From: Trichoplax adhaerens
Lineage: Eukaryota; Animalia; Placozoa
Length of the DNA: 64,000 bases
Direction: 5' to 3'
Assembly: GCF_000150275.1 (NCBI RefSeq)
Contig: NW_002060947.1
Location: 4,808,267 to 4,872,266 of the forward strand
Position numbers and translations under genes: made by a program. How positions within the stretch are numbered: the first letter of the stretch is position 1; each line of letters starts with the position of its first letter. A model generated the notes under the pieces. It made no database searches and was not told the origin of the DNA. It was given only the letters and a program-made list of their open reading frames with translations. Of this stretch, positions 41,101-55,524 are shown in pieces.

Positions 41101-44100
41101 AAATATTAAATTCGAGTCATATGGAAGTCAAAATCGATTCCTAAAGCTTACTTTGTAAAATCAACTTACAACTTTGTAACAAGTGTTAAATTAAAGAAAG
41201 GTGCTCCGGCTAAAGAGACAATCTTATTTCCATTGCAATATCTAGCATCACAATTTTGGGTAACATTTAAATTAAAAGTGTTGAATTAATTTGAAAATTT
41301 TAAAGTAATACTGACAAGGTTGATAGTTGGCTTATGTCTTGGATTAAAAATCCATTTAGTGATACAAGTTTATTATAACTGATATCTCTAGAATGAATGT
41401 GGAATAGAGAGTTAAACATATAATTATATTATTGAGGTTAAATGATACTAGCGACAAAATAAGTCAACTTACAGCAACAGTAGTTTAGAGAGTCCCAAAA
41501 ATGCTTGATTTTCAATAATCGAGATTTGATTATGATTGAGATATCTACGATGTTAAAGGTAGTGTACAGTAAACAAAAATAACTAAAGAAAATTAAAACA
41601 GGTTCTTTTACCAAATTTTTTGGTAATTGAACTACTGCAGTATTTTGAAGGCTTAATCCTGAATTTATTTCAAGACTTACAGATTTCGTAGTTCTTTACA
41701 CTTTATAAACATGCCATCTCGAATAGCTTTTATTTTGTTATGGCTAATATCTCTAAAAAGTGTTCAAGTACGGTAAGAAATCATGTACAAAACAGTAATA
41801 TAACTAACAATGCCAGCCTATTACAAGCAGACATAAATTTGAACTTAAATGCAATTTATAGTCTATCATCCTTACACATGTACAAGTTTCGTTAAGTTAC
41901 CAAAATAGTTTCTTTTTAATTCTGACAAACGATTCCAAGAAGCAAATCTTACAGTTTAAATAAATAGATACAAAATTAATATTAAAATTTCACTGTAGCA
42001 GAAAGGTGTTTTGAAAATAGAATTTAATTAGCTGTATGATGGAAGACGCATTCTTATAATTTAATAGAAGGTCTCCAAGGAGATGAATATATATTTTTAG
42101 TAAATGGAATGATCAGAAATTAGTATGCACTTACAAATTTGTTAAAAAATGAAGTGGAATAATGAAATCTAAAGTGTTCAATTCGTTTTTATGAATATTT
42201 CTATCAAAACATAATCATAAAATCGTATTAAATTAGTTACTTGACATGTTGTTAATATAACTGTCTCTCATTTCTTCATTTATCTGCTGGGTAAAATAGT
42301 AAAATGAATTTTAATGTAATCGTATGAAACTGCTAAATAATAAGACAGTTGATATTTAGTTAGTGCAACAGCAGAAATTTGAAGCACTCTATCAAATATC
42401 GTGAAAAGTTTCAATTTTCTTATCTTTTATTTTATAACTCTGTAAAGTAATTACGTGAAAATTAGATGATAATTTGTAAAATATTTATAGGTTGATAACT
42501 CCAGAAATACGATGAGAACTTATCGCAAAGTAGAGCTATAACACAAGAACTTGAAATATTTTGAACGTGAATCAGTTTAAACTCAAAAGCTTGATACTGA
42601 TTTACGAAAGCTCAATCAATATAATTAAACTTATGCTAACAATATCAAAATAAAATGACTGAAGAAGTAATTAGAATGTACTAATCATTCTACTATAGTT
42701 ACAATACAAAATGTAGAGAATCTCTTAGCTAGCGTCGAATTGTAGCTTATTACTGATTGATATTCTAGAAATGCATCCTATGAAAGATTTATCAGATTCT
42801 TCTCCTTGATGCATGTTGTTATAGCAAATTCAAAACTTATTGTTTTACTTACAGCTCTTTTAGGTGTAATAGTGGAGCAAAGCTATCGGACTTTACATAT
42901 CTTAATTGATTACTAGAAATATTCCTATCAATCAAGGCAATTCGATTAGATTGTTGATAATTGAAGCTAAAGAAATAATATAAAACTAAAAGTATTTCTA
43001 TATTTACAGAATAGTCATCGAATTTGCGTCTTTCAAAGTAGTAAAGATACCAGATGCAAGACTTCTTATTCTGTTCTCACTAATATCGCTATGATCAGTC
43101 CGATTATAATTAAAATAAATTATGTAAACAATCAATACGATAATCTCGGTGAAAGACGATAGTTTGATAGCTAAAGTGATAAAAATTGCGATTTTAATAG
43201 TAAATAATTGACTATTTATGTAGATAGTTAAGATTGAGTAAGGATTAGGTAATCGACTTTAACATATATAAGGTAAATTTACCTAGCAAATAATCGAACC
43301 TAATAACTATTTTGAATTTGTTTATATATACGAGTAGTTATACAGTCAAGCAACATAGATCAATAAAATTACGTCCTTTGCTTTTACTAAAAATATCTTT
43401 TAAAATAGTAAAAATGAGTCTATAGAAAATTGAGTAGCAGTTTCATTGAATTTCAGTTTAAGATTTCATTCAGAGTATACGTACATAACTGATAAACAAG
43501 GAATTCCATCAAGCGATAGGCTTTCATCGCTGCTTAATCTATTGCTGGAGATATTACTAAAATAATGCAAATTATTTCATAATTAGCGTCTCTATAAGGA
43601 ACGATGTAAATCATTAACGGATACTGGTATCATATACTAGCGTCATTCAAGTAGTCTACGATTATTATTAGTATTTCGATAACAGTGGCATAGACAATTT
43701 CCAGTAAATGTGTAATTTAATCCTAATTATCTTTTGATCAAGCTAAGTATTTACATAAGTTGTAAACATTGAAAACATCCCGACACTTTAAATCCATTTA
43801 TTAGATTATTTGATAAATCCCTAGCACGAAATGACAATAGATTAGTGATTGAATAACTTTCGCAATAATTATAAGGTAATAATTTAGTTTTTGATCCAGC
43901 AATACTTAAATTTAATACCAGTTTATCTTTTTCCTGTAAGATGATATACTAGCAGTTTAAGATATACAATTATACGTAAAATTTGTAGAAAGACCAGGAT
44001 TTATCATAATTGTCTGTTACAGTAAATATAGGCTAAATAGACTACCATATGATGGAATTACACATTATTGCACATTTAATAACGTGGCAATATTATGCTG

Positions 44101-47100
44101 ATACAAGTAGTGTAGCTGATCTAAATGCAAAAAATTGTTCACATGTTCTACAATACTTTTGAACAAAGTTCATATAAATAAGAATTCTATAGCAGACCGC
44201 CTAAATACCAGCAGCATTGGTCCTTAAATACGCCTCGACGAAAGAGCAAAATCATTTCAGAAATACTTACATTCTACTGATATTGTAGCTGATATTTGAT
44301 GGACAGGCTAGGTCTATTAGTCTCATTTTATTCTTAGATAAACCTCTGTTATATGATTCATAATAAACCTATAATCAATATTCTACCTGGTAATATCTAA
44401 TAATATTGCAATTACCAAAAGGTATTCCTTATCTAATCACAGATTCAATACTTACAAGTAATGCAGAGAGATAAAATTATTTAAAGGCAATTCGGTAATG
44501 TAGTGAAATGGATTTCCATCAAGCCATCTTGTATCATCGTTTAGTAATTGAAGAGTTCATACAATTAATATGGTATGTAAAATGGGAATATTGAAACACC
44601 AACTAAATTTTATTTAGCTCATCGAAAGCTGCTATTTTCAAATAGTATCAGATAAAATAGATAGCTAATTTTACTCCTACATTTCTTCAATATTATTTAA
44701 GCCATGAAATGCTTTGGAAGAAATAGTTTGAATATTGTTAGATCTTAGAAATCTGAAACAGTAAAAATAATCAATTTAAAGACGTAACTTGACGTAACTT
44801 AAATGACTACTTCTACCTGAGATCAACTTACAGCGACTTTAAATTAGCTAAATCAGTAAATTGATAATCTTCAATAGATCTTATCTGATTTTCATCCATC
44901 AATCTAAAAAAATGGAACGAGATCCGTATTTGAATTTGTTGTGATTAATATTGACCGAATGTTTAAATAATATTGAGTCATAGTATTTTTTCTTAAAATT
45001 TAGTGATAAACATAAGAAATACGGGGTTGCCAATTACCGAGATATACATTCAATAACTAATAAGACTTACAGAATTTTCAAGTTGTATAATTCACTGAAA
45101 ACAGTAAGATTCAGCCTTACCAAATAATTATTGATGATGTTCCTAGTAGCATTCAAAGTTAAATATAGTAATTGAAATTAGTAACTGTTCTAGAAATTTC
45201 GTGAATAGTATGTGAATTGAAATGATTTGCGATTATTACAAAAGGAAGTATTGACGAGGGATAAAAATAAAATTAAAATTTTCCAATCTTAATATTTTCG
45301 ATGCAAGTTATAATGCTTTTTATCCTTTCCGAAAGCTATGATTACAATTATAAGGTGCCAAATACTATATATCTATTTAAAAACTTCCTTGTTAATGTAA
45401 TTAATAGAAAATATGGCTATTAAACAGCCTACAATTCTTAACTAGACTTCTAAACGAGAATGATACGTTCTTGTTATACTGAGATATTATCTTTTAATAT
45501 GCTTAACTTATAACAAGAATTTTATACATAGAATTGACTACAATAATATTATTTCAAAAGATGATTTAAAGGGTAATAAATAATAGCATACGATATAAAT
45601 TTACAAGAACGTTATTTTACTTATAGCAATCTTACAATTCTTGGAGAGTATTTAGTCCTGCAAAGGCGTTTATATCCAATATTTGAATTTCGTTTGAGGC
45701 TATATACCTAATGTAATAATTTAAAACGTTAGAGATTGTTAAGGGAATGGCGAAATCGTTGTTTTCAGCTCCTTTAAATGATTTATTAGATTCTAATTGT
45801 CAACAAATACAAGCTATTCCACGTATTTTCAGAAGTTAATAAATACAGCTCCGTTGAAAGCAAAATTTGAGCAAGATAGCAGCACAATTTTAGCAGACCA
45901 CTCACAATTTCTTCAGCGAGTCAAGGGAAGAAAATCTATAACCTTCCAGAAATGTCAATTTATTTTGGCTCAAATTTCTATTAAGTAACATTATTCCTGT
46001 ATTCAGTTGAAGGAAACTTACAAGCTAACTTTAATATCTACTCTATTATAGTTCTTGGATATATTTTATAGTTGCAGCTATACTGGATTTATATGGCCTA
46101 CCCATATATCATTAAATACAAAATTAAGCTGAAACATTTATACTTACAGTATTATAAGTCTAATAAAATTGACTAAAATTGTTTAATTGCCATTTATTGG
46201 CCACGTTAAAGGAAGAATAATAATCCTAAAATTATGCGATGCTAAAACTGTTAGGCTAGCATTAAACTTACAGCTCTTCCAGTGCTAGAAGATTAGCAAA
46301 AGTATTCGGCTCCAAGCTTTGGATGCTATTAATATGTAGGGTTCTAAAAAATCATTTTTTAAGTTAAAATTTATAACCCTGGATTAAATGATATTTAGTA
46401 TATACCAGATCTTGCATGAATAGGGTTGCTCTGTATCCCGATGATATTTTCGTAGATACTTTATAGAAAAATTTTACTAGTATGTACTTATAACTTATAG
46501 GTCATTAGTAGATTACGCTCTAACAGTAGGCTATATTTATGCTGGCTTACAGTATTTTTAAATTTGTTAACGGATTAAATGCCTCTTCGTCAACACTCGT
46601 AATGAAGCTGTTATGTAGATTTCTACAGAAGTATGAAAGAAAATATCCAGTTAACCTAAAGCTTAAAGACAGTTTATATCCAATGAATGGATATACGTAT
46701 TTTCCTTATTTTGGTATAAGAATCGATAATAGTGTGTAATGCGGCAATAAATTTTTTAACGGGCAATAAGTTCTGCTTTGTTAGCATTACAATTTCTCCA
46801 ACACGGTCCCATTTGCCTTGCCAAAGACTTTAGGTGGTATTGAATTTAATAAAGTAGACGATAGGTCCCTAAATTTTTGCGATAGTAAAGGATACTTCAA
46901 TAATATGGCCATTTCTTAGCAAACTTGAATAATTTTTTAGGCAAATAATATTAATAGCAATAATTGCTATAATTTAACTGTAGGCATTAAAAATACTTAG
47001 TACTTAATATTCAGTATTTAATTAATTGAAAATCTAATGTTTCAAGTAACATCGTAATTTAAGTATTCTCTATTGAAGTCGGTTATCAATCTACAGTGTA

Positions 47101-50100
47101 GAGCTTACAGTATCTTTAGTGATGTAAGATTGGCAAATGCATTTTCAGACAAACTTTGAATTTTGCATCCGCTCATGTCTCTGGTGTAGGAAATAAAAAA
47201 GATATCCTCAGCAATATTTTTATTCCTAAAACGACTAGAATATCTCTATTAAGACTTATAACAGAATATAAAATCTGATTATAAGAATAGTGACTTACAA
47301 AGTTTTAAGCATAGCATTATTAGAAAATAAGTTGGCTTCAATGTCGTTTATGGAGCAAACTCTCATGTCACTAAGTAATTTAAGAAATTTTTTCTGTCTT
47401 AAAAATCTGAATAATTATAACAGAGTGCAGTCTTTGGCATAACTTACAGTTTCGATAAGTGAGTAAGGTACAAAAATGTTGTATTTGATATTTGGCTAAT
47501 TCCATTCCCTGATAATTCCCTTACAAAGAAGTATAGGTTTAGAATATTGTTCAATACCTAAGAAAGTAGCCTAAATCGTATAATCGATTACAGTATCTGA
47601 AGTTTGGATGATCCTACAAAAGCTGTGGAGCTGATAGTAGATACATAGTTATCAGTGATAATTCTGAAAGAGACATGATATCGCTTTAATATTAATTTCT
47701 GCAAGATAGCTATGTAGCTATAGTTGGAATTAATTGCTCAGTTAATGCTAACAAAATCTTACAATCGATTTAGGGAAGGTAGGTTACCAAACATAATGCT
47801 GCTGACCGACACAAGTCTATTCCAAGATAAATTTCTAAAATCAAAAGTAGATTTTCAACTTTAATTATTAACATTCACCTTGAAACATTTATCGGCTAAA
47901 ATCATCTTACAAGAATGTGACTAGCTCATGTATGTTATAAAACTAATTACTAGTCTTATACTATTCTCCATAAATTCATAACTGTTAGCCAACATCAAAA
48001 TATCAAATATTAATAAATTTCTACTGCATACGTAGTGTGATAAAAGACTATAAATGCTTTGCAAACTGATAAATGTAATAATATCACAAATAACGTAATA
48101 ACATTCAGACAGTATCGCAGTAAAACTTAAGACTAGCGTCATATTAAATAAATGAGGAGAAAATGAAGTTTTTCATTTAATAAATATCGTGCAATGTGCA
48201 ATGTTACAACAATTTGAAACATTTAAATACTTTAAATCGAAGTTGTTATCTTTTATCTGGCATAGATTTTGGGAAATAAATGAATTAAGTTTGTTTAGTG
48301 AACCTTGTGCTACATTATTGCTGAGATATTAATTTATTGTTTATATAGTTGATATTAAGTTTTACAACAGCATCTGTTCTATAAAAGCACGAAATTTAAA
48401 TGTTTATAAAGTAGCTTACATATAACTTAGTTTAGTGAGATTGGCGAATGCTCTAGGTTCGATTATTTCTATTTTATTGCTGAATAATCTCCTAAAAATG
48501 TAAAAAAATGATGCGATCTGAATAAATTATTAATAAGAATAATAAAGTAAATTTTTAATTTATTCTAAAGTTATAAGTCTGATATATAAATTGCTATTAT
48601 TATGGCAAGCATTACAGTAACTCCAAATTCCACATTCCATACAATAAATGACTTCTAACGATTGTTAATTCGTTGCCATACAATGATCTAGATAGAGAGG
48701 ATGTTCAAATAGTAAGGAAATTTTCAACAAAATTAAGTATCTGATGTTCTGATGTCTTAGATAATAGTTCTAATTCTCATTAACTTACAGGCGCTTAATG
48801 CTAGAAAGTTCAGAGAACATATAATTTTCCAAATCCAGGAAGTCATTTAAACTGACGCTCCTAGTTTAAAATTGTATCCAATAACCATTAATTGAGTTTA
48901 CTTGTTTACTAAAAGTACTTTAAATTTACAATACTCTACAAAGAGGGCTATTTGAAAATAAATGTTCAACGAACTTAGTAAAACTTAGTTACATGATCAT
49001 TCACTCGGAAAATATTCACTACTTACTATATACGTCGATTATAAAATATATTATCAAGTTTAAATAGGTATAAGTGTTAAAAATCAATCCTGATGAACTA
49101 AGTCGAACGAAAAGGATTTACTTTAAATTGGTAGTCATAAACATTTGCTCTCAACTTACAGAACTTCCATATTTACAAACTTGGAAAACACAGAGTTAGT
49201 CAAATTTTTTATGGTGTTGGCAGCGAGACTCCTGCAATTATAACTTATCAGATTCATAACTTTGTTTTATTATTCAGCTATTTAGTTATTTTGCTGATAA
49301 TTAATATTAAGATATACAAATGCAACTTTCAAATTAATAAACACTAAGATCAAACCATACTCAGTTTTCGCGTAGTATCGTAGTCTAATTAGAAAACGAG
49401 CCTTTCAATCTATAAGATCACTAGCTACAAGGATTTTAAATCAATTACATCTAACTTACAATAGGTACAAGTCTTCGATGCCATCCCAGCTTTTCTGACT
49501 AACTTTTGCAATTAAGTTTGTATTAAGGTATCTAACCGATACAAATGCATTCTATTTACTACATAAATCTAATTTTATTTCTTAGTGATCGCTTTTTCAA
49601 ATGGAAATATGATATCAAATCTATCTACTTGCAACTTACAATCTCTTCAACAATGGCATATTTCGAAATACCCCTTCCTGCACTTCGTGAATTCGGTTAT
49701 CTGTTATTGCCCTTTTGATAGAGTACCGTAGTTGTCGATAAATTATAGCTCTTTATTTATTTCTAGTTGATGAAAGAATTCGATATTTGATCCGCTCTAG
49801 TATACTATACTTAACTTACAAATAAGTTAACTTGCTCAATCCTCTAAAGCCAATATCTTGTAAGTTACTTATTTCATTTGTGTCCAAAGAACTACATCGG
49901 AAAATGATATTCAATGAATTTATTATTTATACCTACATTCATCAGGTGTAATGCCATCTAGATGGATACAGGTATTATATAAATCATAGCAGTCAATTTT
50001 AACACATTATTAACTAAAAAGAATTCTTACTTACTCAAATTAACTGATACTAATATTTTAACGAGAACAACTTACAGTGTCGTTAAATTTGAAAGTGGTA

Positions 50101-51259
50101 GAAATACTCCATCTGCAATTAAGTAAAGCCTATTTCTGGTAATAGATCTAGTAGTTTTGATGTAATATTATATTTAATTAGTAAAAGTGACNNNNNNNNN
50201 NNNNNNNNNNNNNNNNNNNNNNNNNNNNNNNNNNNNNNNNNNNNNNNNNNNNNNNNNNNNNNNNNNNNNNNNNNNNNNNNNNNNNNNNNNNNNNNNNNNN
50301 NNNNNNNNNNNNNNNNNNNNNNNNNNNNNNNNNNNNNNNNNNNNNNNNNNNNNNNNNNNNNNNNNNNNNNNNNNNNNNNNNNNNNNNNNNNNNNNNNNNN
50401 NNNNNNNNNNNNNNNNNNNNNNNNNNNNNNNNNNNNNNNNNNNNNNNNNNNNNNNNNNNNNNNNNNNNNNNNNNNNNNNNNNNNNNNNNNNNNNNNNNNN
50501 NNNNNNNNNNNNNNNNNNNNNNNNNNNNNNNNNNNNNNNNNNNNNNNNNNNNNNNNNNNNNNNNNNNNNNNNNNNNNNNNNNNNNNNNNNNNNNNNNNNN
50601 NNNNNNNNNNNNNNNNNNNNNNNNNNNNNNNNNNNNNNNNNNNNNNNNNNNNNNNNNNNNNNNNNNNNNNNNNNNNNNNNNNNNNNNNNNNNNNNNNNNN
50701 NNNNNNNNNNNNNNNNNNNNNNNNNNNNNNNNNNNNNNNNNNNNNNNNNNNNNNNNNNNNNNNNNNNNNNNNNNNNNNNNNNNNNNNNNNNNNNNNNNNN
50801 NNNNNNNNNNNNNNNNNNNNNNNNNNNNNNNNNNNNNNNNNNNNNNNNNNNNNNNNNNNNNNNNNNNNNNNNNNNNNNNNNNNNNNNNNNNNNNNNNNNN
50901 NNNNNNNNNNNNNNNNNNNNNNNNNNNNNNNNNNNNNNNNNNNNNNNNNNNNNNCTAAGGTAAGTAATATTTTATTAATCGATCATCGTTATATTTTACC
51001 AGTTAATAATTTAGGTTCGTAATATGAGAATTACATAGTGCGATCTTAATGGATCTTAACCTAATAAAAACGTCATTTAAGACATCATATTCTATTTCTA
51101 ATGTATCTAAGTTAAGTAAATAAGCATCAATAACGTACAAGATGGTGACATTATCCATAATTTCATCACCAATTGGAAAATTAGTCATCATTTCGTCGGT
51201 GCATAAAACGGCCGTAGCAACATTACATGTACATTTTGCAGGGCAATTATGGTCCAGCC
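36777..51259 (-). CDS. LGR-B: giant LRR-containing GPCR, tandem paralog of LGR-A (LRRNT, 43 visible LRR exons plus ~3 expected in the gap, hinge, 7TM); signal-peptide exon not located
   Basis: LRRNT exon 51259-51139 (HNCPAKCTCNVATAVLCTDEMMTNFP); single-LRR exons 50147-38455 colinear with LGR-A; terminal exon 38139-36777 with YLCCIVPAKVTTCAPVPDLDSVTSCENIL, ISIDRY, TDLLAWLP and NPYIY. Confidence 0.85.
38455..50147 (-). repeat. LGR-B LRR exon array (43 visible single-LRR exons)
   Basis: Examples: SITRNRLYLIADGVFLPLSNLTTL (50076-50147), YLNHNQISIIENQAFLGLSKLLLL (~41473-41544), SIKSNPLVYIRDNSFYGSTSLNTV (38455-38526). All have phase-2 GT-AG boundaries. Confidence 0.88.
50192..50954. other. Assembly gap (probably hides ~3 LGR-B LRR exons)
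   Basis: N run between the LRRNT exon and the exon equivalent to LGR-A LRR4. Confidence 0.9.
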
Positions 51260-54200
51260 CTGTAAGATCAAACACGTAGATCAATGCATCAACCATTGCT
51301 GTGTAATTCATACTCAATTATTAATATGTAATTCTTTAGAATGACAATCGAGGTTTAATTTGATATAGGAATTCACTGAAAGGCATTCAAAGATTTCAAA
51401 AAAATTACGGAATAAGTTGATTTCATAACACTAACAAGAAACAGGCTCTTTTCTAAAATATTGCATTATTATGAAAAATCCTTTTTGCTAAGCTTGAGAT
51501 AAAAAATTAGCAGCCTTTAAGGAGAAAGTACTATATTTACCAGTATCAAGAGATTGCTAAAAGTTATGTTACTCGATTTTACATCTGGCTTAATAATGCT
51601 AAATTATATATCATTATCCAGCAATAAAATCTTGGTATCTTATTTTAAGCTTTTAGTTACTCCTTTTAATTACGAGTGTCGTAGAAATACTAGAAAATAT
51701 TGAAATTTCCAGCATGATTAAGGCATTAATATAAACCGATGACTTCTATTCCACTAGAATTGAACAAAAATAAAATACATTATTTCGTTTCCTCACCTAA
51801 GATTTGTATAGGGCAATATTGACTGATTATAAACCACAATATTATAAGAGCAATCGATTTCATTGCGGCGAGTTGATTATTAGTGCAATAATTTTAAACT
51901 TATTTGTACGACGAAGTTATATAGTGCTAAGACATTGTGATATCGGCGCATAATTTTTATCATCGTTATTGTTTCAAGCTTTAAAAGATGTTCTGGTTAC
52001 AGAAAGCCAGTCAATTATATGAACGGTGTAAAAGTTCCCTTAGTTGACGATATTACGACGTAGTTCGGTTTGAAAGAATTACAGATTATGTATCTGATAT
52101 ATTTCTTACAAAAATAGCTAAAAATTTCTGGTTGTTCTTCTTTGCATCACTATCTTTAATTGAAATAATCAGAGGAGTTTTCTTATTTTTAGCCAGATGT
52201 ACTTTGACCACAAATGAAGATTGACATTATTTGTTTTTAAAACTTACTAATGATTGTGGTACAGTATGACACAGAGCCGTGTTATTAAAGATAAATAATC
52301 TTTTGTATGAAAAACTATTGTAAATCATACCCCTATCACATATCTATAAAGTAATAAGAAGGGTGCAGTGTTGCCATATTTGATAAGTTGATGGTATTGG
52401 ACGATAAAGATTTTTTTTTTAAAGTCCATATGGCGAATCACAATGACCAAAATTCCATGTGGGTGGACTTTATATTATAACTACTTATGGTGATGCTAGT
52501 ATTTGCAAGTAAATTATTTTGTTCAATATGTTTAATTCTGGCATTTAATATTGATTGCAACAAAAAGCCTTGGTTTAAGTACTTGTATTATACTGTACTA
52601 TATTGTTAAAGATCCATTTGTTTAAAACTGTTTATAATTATTATTGTAACTAATCCAATCATCACGTTTTTAATAGCTCTAAAATATTAGTAATATAGTA
52701 GTAATAGGACATGCAAAGATGATAAAAAGTCACAATTAAAATATATCTCCCATATAAATAGTAAGCATTTAATTTATCTTGTCAGCAATATATTGTTATG
52801 GATTTATGATGATCTATAATTCAGATTGAGTCATGTTATTGTAGTTTCCAAAGCAAAACGGTAATAGATGATTATCAAGAGTGTTAAGGTTATATCGCAA
52901 TTGATGTAAAAAATATGCCAAATCATTTAAAAGGCATTGTCACTATTTAAACTCTGTGACAAGAAAACGTACAGTAAAAGTCTGTAGGCAACTACTGATT
53001 TGAACGCTCTTTTACCAAATGTTAAAGACACGCAGCAGAGTACTGTAAAGATAGAACTTTTATTAGCATAGACACCCTACAAGACCACAACTTTTTACCA
53101 CACAGCCCAACTCAAATATTTCCGTTTATATAGGAACTATCTGATCTGTAAATAATAACAGTATTATTATTATTATACCTTACCAGGAGAGACACCTCGA
53201 ACTGAGATGCCCCTCACGTAGCTTTTCTATCAGTAAATATTTTTAATCTCTTCGTATTGAAGCTGTTAGATAAGACCTATTGCTATCAATATGCTATGTA
53301 GCAGTGAATTCGATATAACATAAAAATAAAACCAAAATCTAGGGCTGTTAACAATAATAGGTATATATAAGTAATGTTTGTGATAATTCAAGTATCTTGA
53401 TTTCAGCTTCGTAGAATATGATACTAATCATAGAATTTTATTCTCATACTAAGTTCTGCAAGGGCTGAGTTATATTTTTCGCAATTGTTTAGTTATAAAC
53501 AAGTTAGATAATATATTTAAGCAGCTAAACTTTTCTGTCATTATTATTCTTAGTCCTTCTTTTCTAATATCTACTGTTGTAGGAAGTTTTCCTTGTCTGT
53601 CAGAGCTTGTTATACTATTACGAAGTATCTTAATCGATAGAGTATCAGTAAAAGATCTGCTGCTATAAAAATACTATTGTGATTTACGTCTTATTACAGT
53701 TAGTAGAGCAGGTTTTATTACACTCTTACGCATACTTAATCTTAATCTAAGCATGTACGTTGTCAAGTACAACTATCATTAGCTAGAACTTGAATTATCT
53801 TACTGCCGTCTACTCATAATAACAATCAGTATCTAATATATAATAAATTATCACAAATAATATCCGCGTTAAGGCATTACTTATCTTACCTAGTACTACA
53901 AAATATGAATATTTTCCATATTAGCTGCTATTGTATTATTAAGCTATCATAACAGTAATGTAACACCGTGACAGGCATAAGAAACATGAATAATATAAGT
54001 AGCATAAGGTGTTAAAAATTGCGTTATGTGCGCTTATGTTGGTGTAAAAGAATAAAATAGATATGCTACCCTTTTCATTCTAAAAATATCTATCTTTCGT
54101 TATAATTTGTTACTTTGGTCTTTATTAATCATTCATTACCTCGTATAGTATGTTTATTTTATTGACATAGATTGATCGAGAATCAGCGTATTTGAGGTTA

Positions 54201-55524
54201 GTAGGCGTTTTACTTCAGTTTCAACACTACACACTCGAAACAATTACCGTTAGCATTACAGTATTTGTTATGATAATTCATCCTGATATCGAAGCAATTT
54301 CACAAGGCTCTTGATATAGAGTACAAGTTACACTAAGTTTACTAAATTAGCGATTACATACATCCATATAAGTCCTATTTCGCAGTTGGAAACTACTGTT
54401 CATGGTACTTCACAATTAAAATATGTCCTAAACTTGTGAGATTTATTGTGGATAATATTTATATTATGGACACGTTCATACATGCTACCAACTTCTCCTA
54501 GTTTGAATAAATAATATATAGAAGTAAAATGTCGAGGGCTCAAACATAAATCAGAACCAGCAACAAACTGCATTGCTCAGAAATCCTCGGTTGAATAAAC
54601 AGCAGTTTGCATGCTAACATATAGTTATCGATATTACGTTAATGTCTTATCATAAATAAAGTCAATGTACATGCCGATATCTAATTCTAACTCAATCCTA
54701 TTTTTGTCTAAAGCAAATACTCCAATTTACGGTATGGAGCCTGAACCACATTAATTACGTCAAATGCAATGACCACGATAATAGTTAATAAGTAAAATAT
54801 TTTAAATAATTACAGTTAAACGGCATTGAATGTATATGAAATTTCTACGTTCTTATATTGCATAGCGTCGTATGACCCACTGTATATCTATTTATACACG
54901 CTCGTTCAATGACTTTTACGTAATTCAGTAAAGTACCACGATATATGACGCGATTGTTATGCTTACTGTACTGCACTATATATATGGCTGTTAGATGTAA
55001 CTGACGCAGTTGTTGCGTCTCTAAGTTGGCTGCATGCTTAAGCTGATCTCTGGTATATCTCCTTCTTTAATAAAGGTTTTTTCTTTATCTCTATAATCCT
55101 TGTCCATCTACCAGAGATATCATTACATATAGTAGAAAAAACCAGTCATTTAGTACGGTATTTATCGATTCGATTTATAGTATCTCAAAAATATGTGAGT
55201 AAATGGATTACAAATTTATCTAAAACTGTTCGATTTCAGCGACTTCATAAAATTAATTTTTATGCAACTACTTAATTTGCTATGACTTCTACTTGACATT
55301 GCATTTATATTAGTTACTGGTATTAATTCTCTATTGTTGATGATGATAAGTTTTTTTAATAACGAGCTTATTGTAAGTTCAAACGCTTCCATCATATTTA
55401 TTTGTGTTTATTCTCCTCCATCACATTTATACCTAGTTCAAGGCGGATTCATGAATTCGTTGGCGCTGGAATGCGATTAGTGTCCTCACTCACGTCTGTC
55501 TGCAACTTTCTTCCTTATTTTGAT

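Noticed and set aside
46022-46225. Two 'cttac...ct' segments resembling extra LRR exons in LGR-B
   Set aside because: In-frame stops in the phase-2 frame and no LRR consensus.
14353-50147. Regularly recurring cttac motifs as a CRISPR-like or satellite array
   Set aside because: They are reverse-complement GTAAG splice donors of LRR exons.
50187-50963. Long poly-X ORFs (also 22458-22692, 25107-25506)
   Set aside because: Artefacts of assembly gaps.
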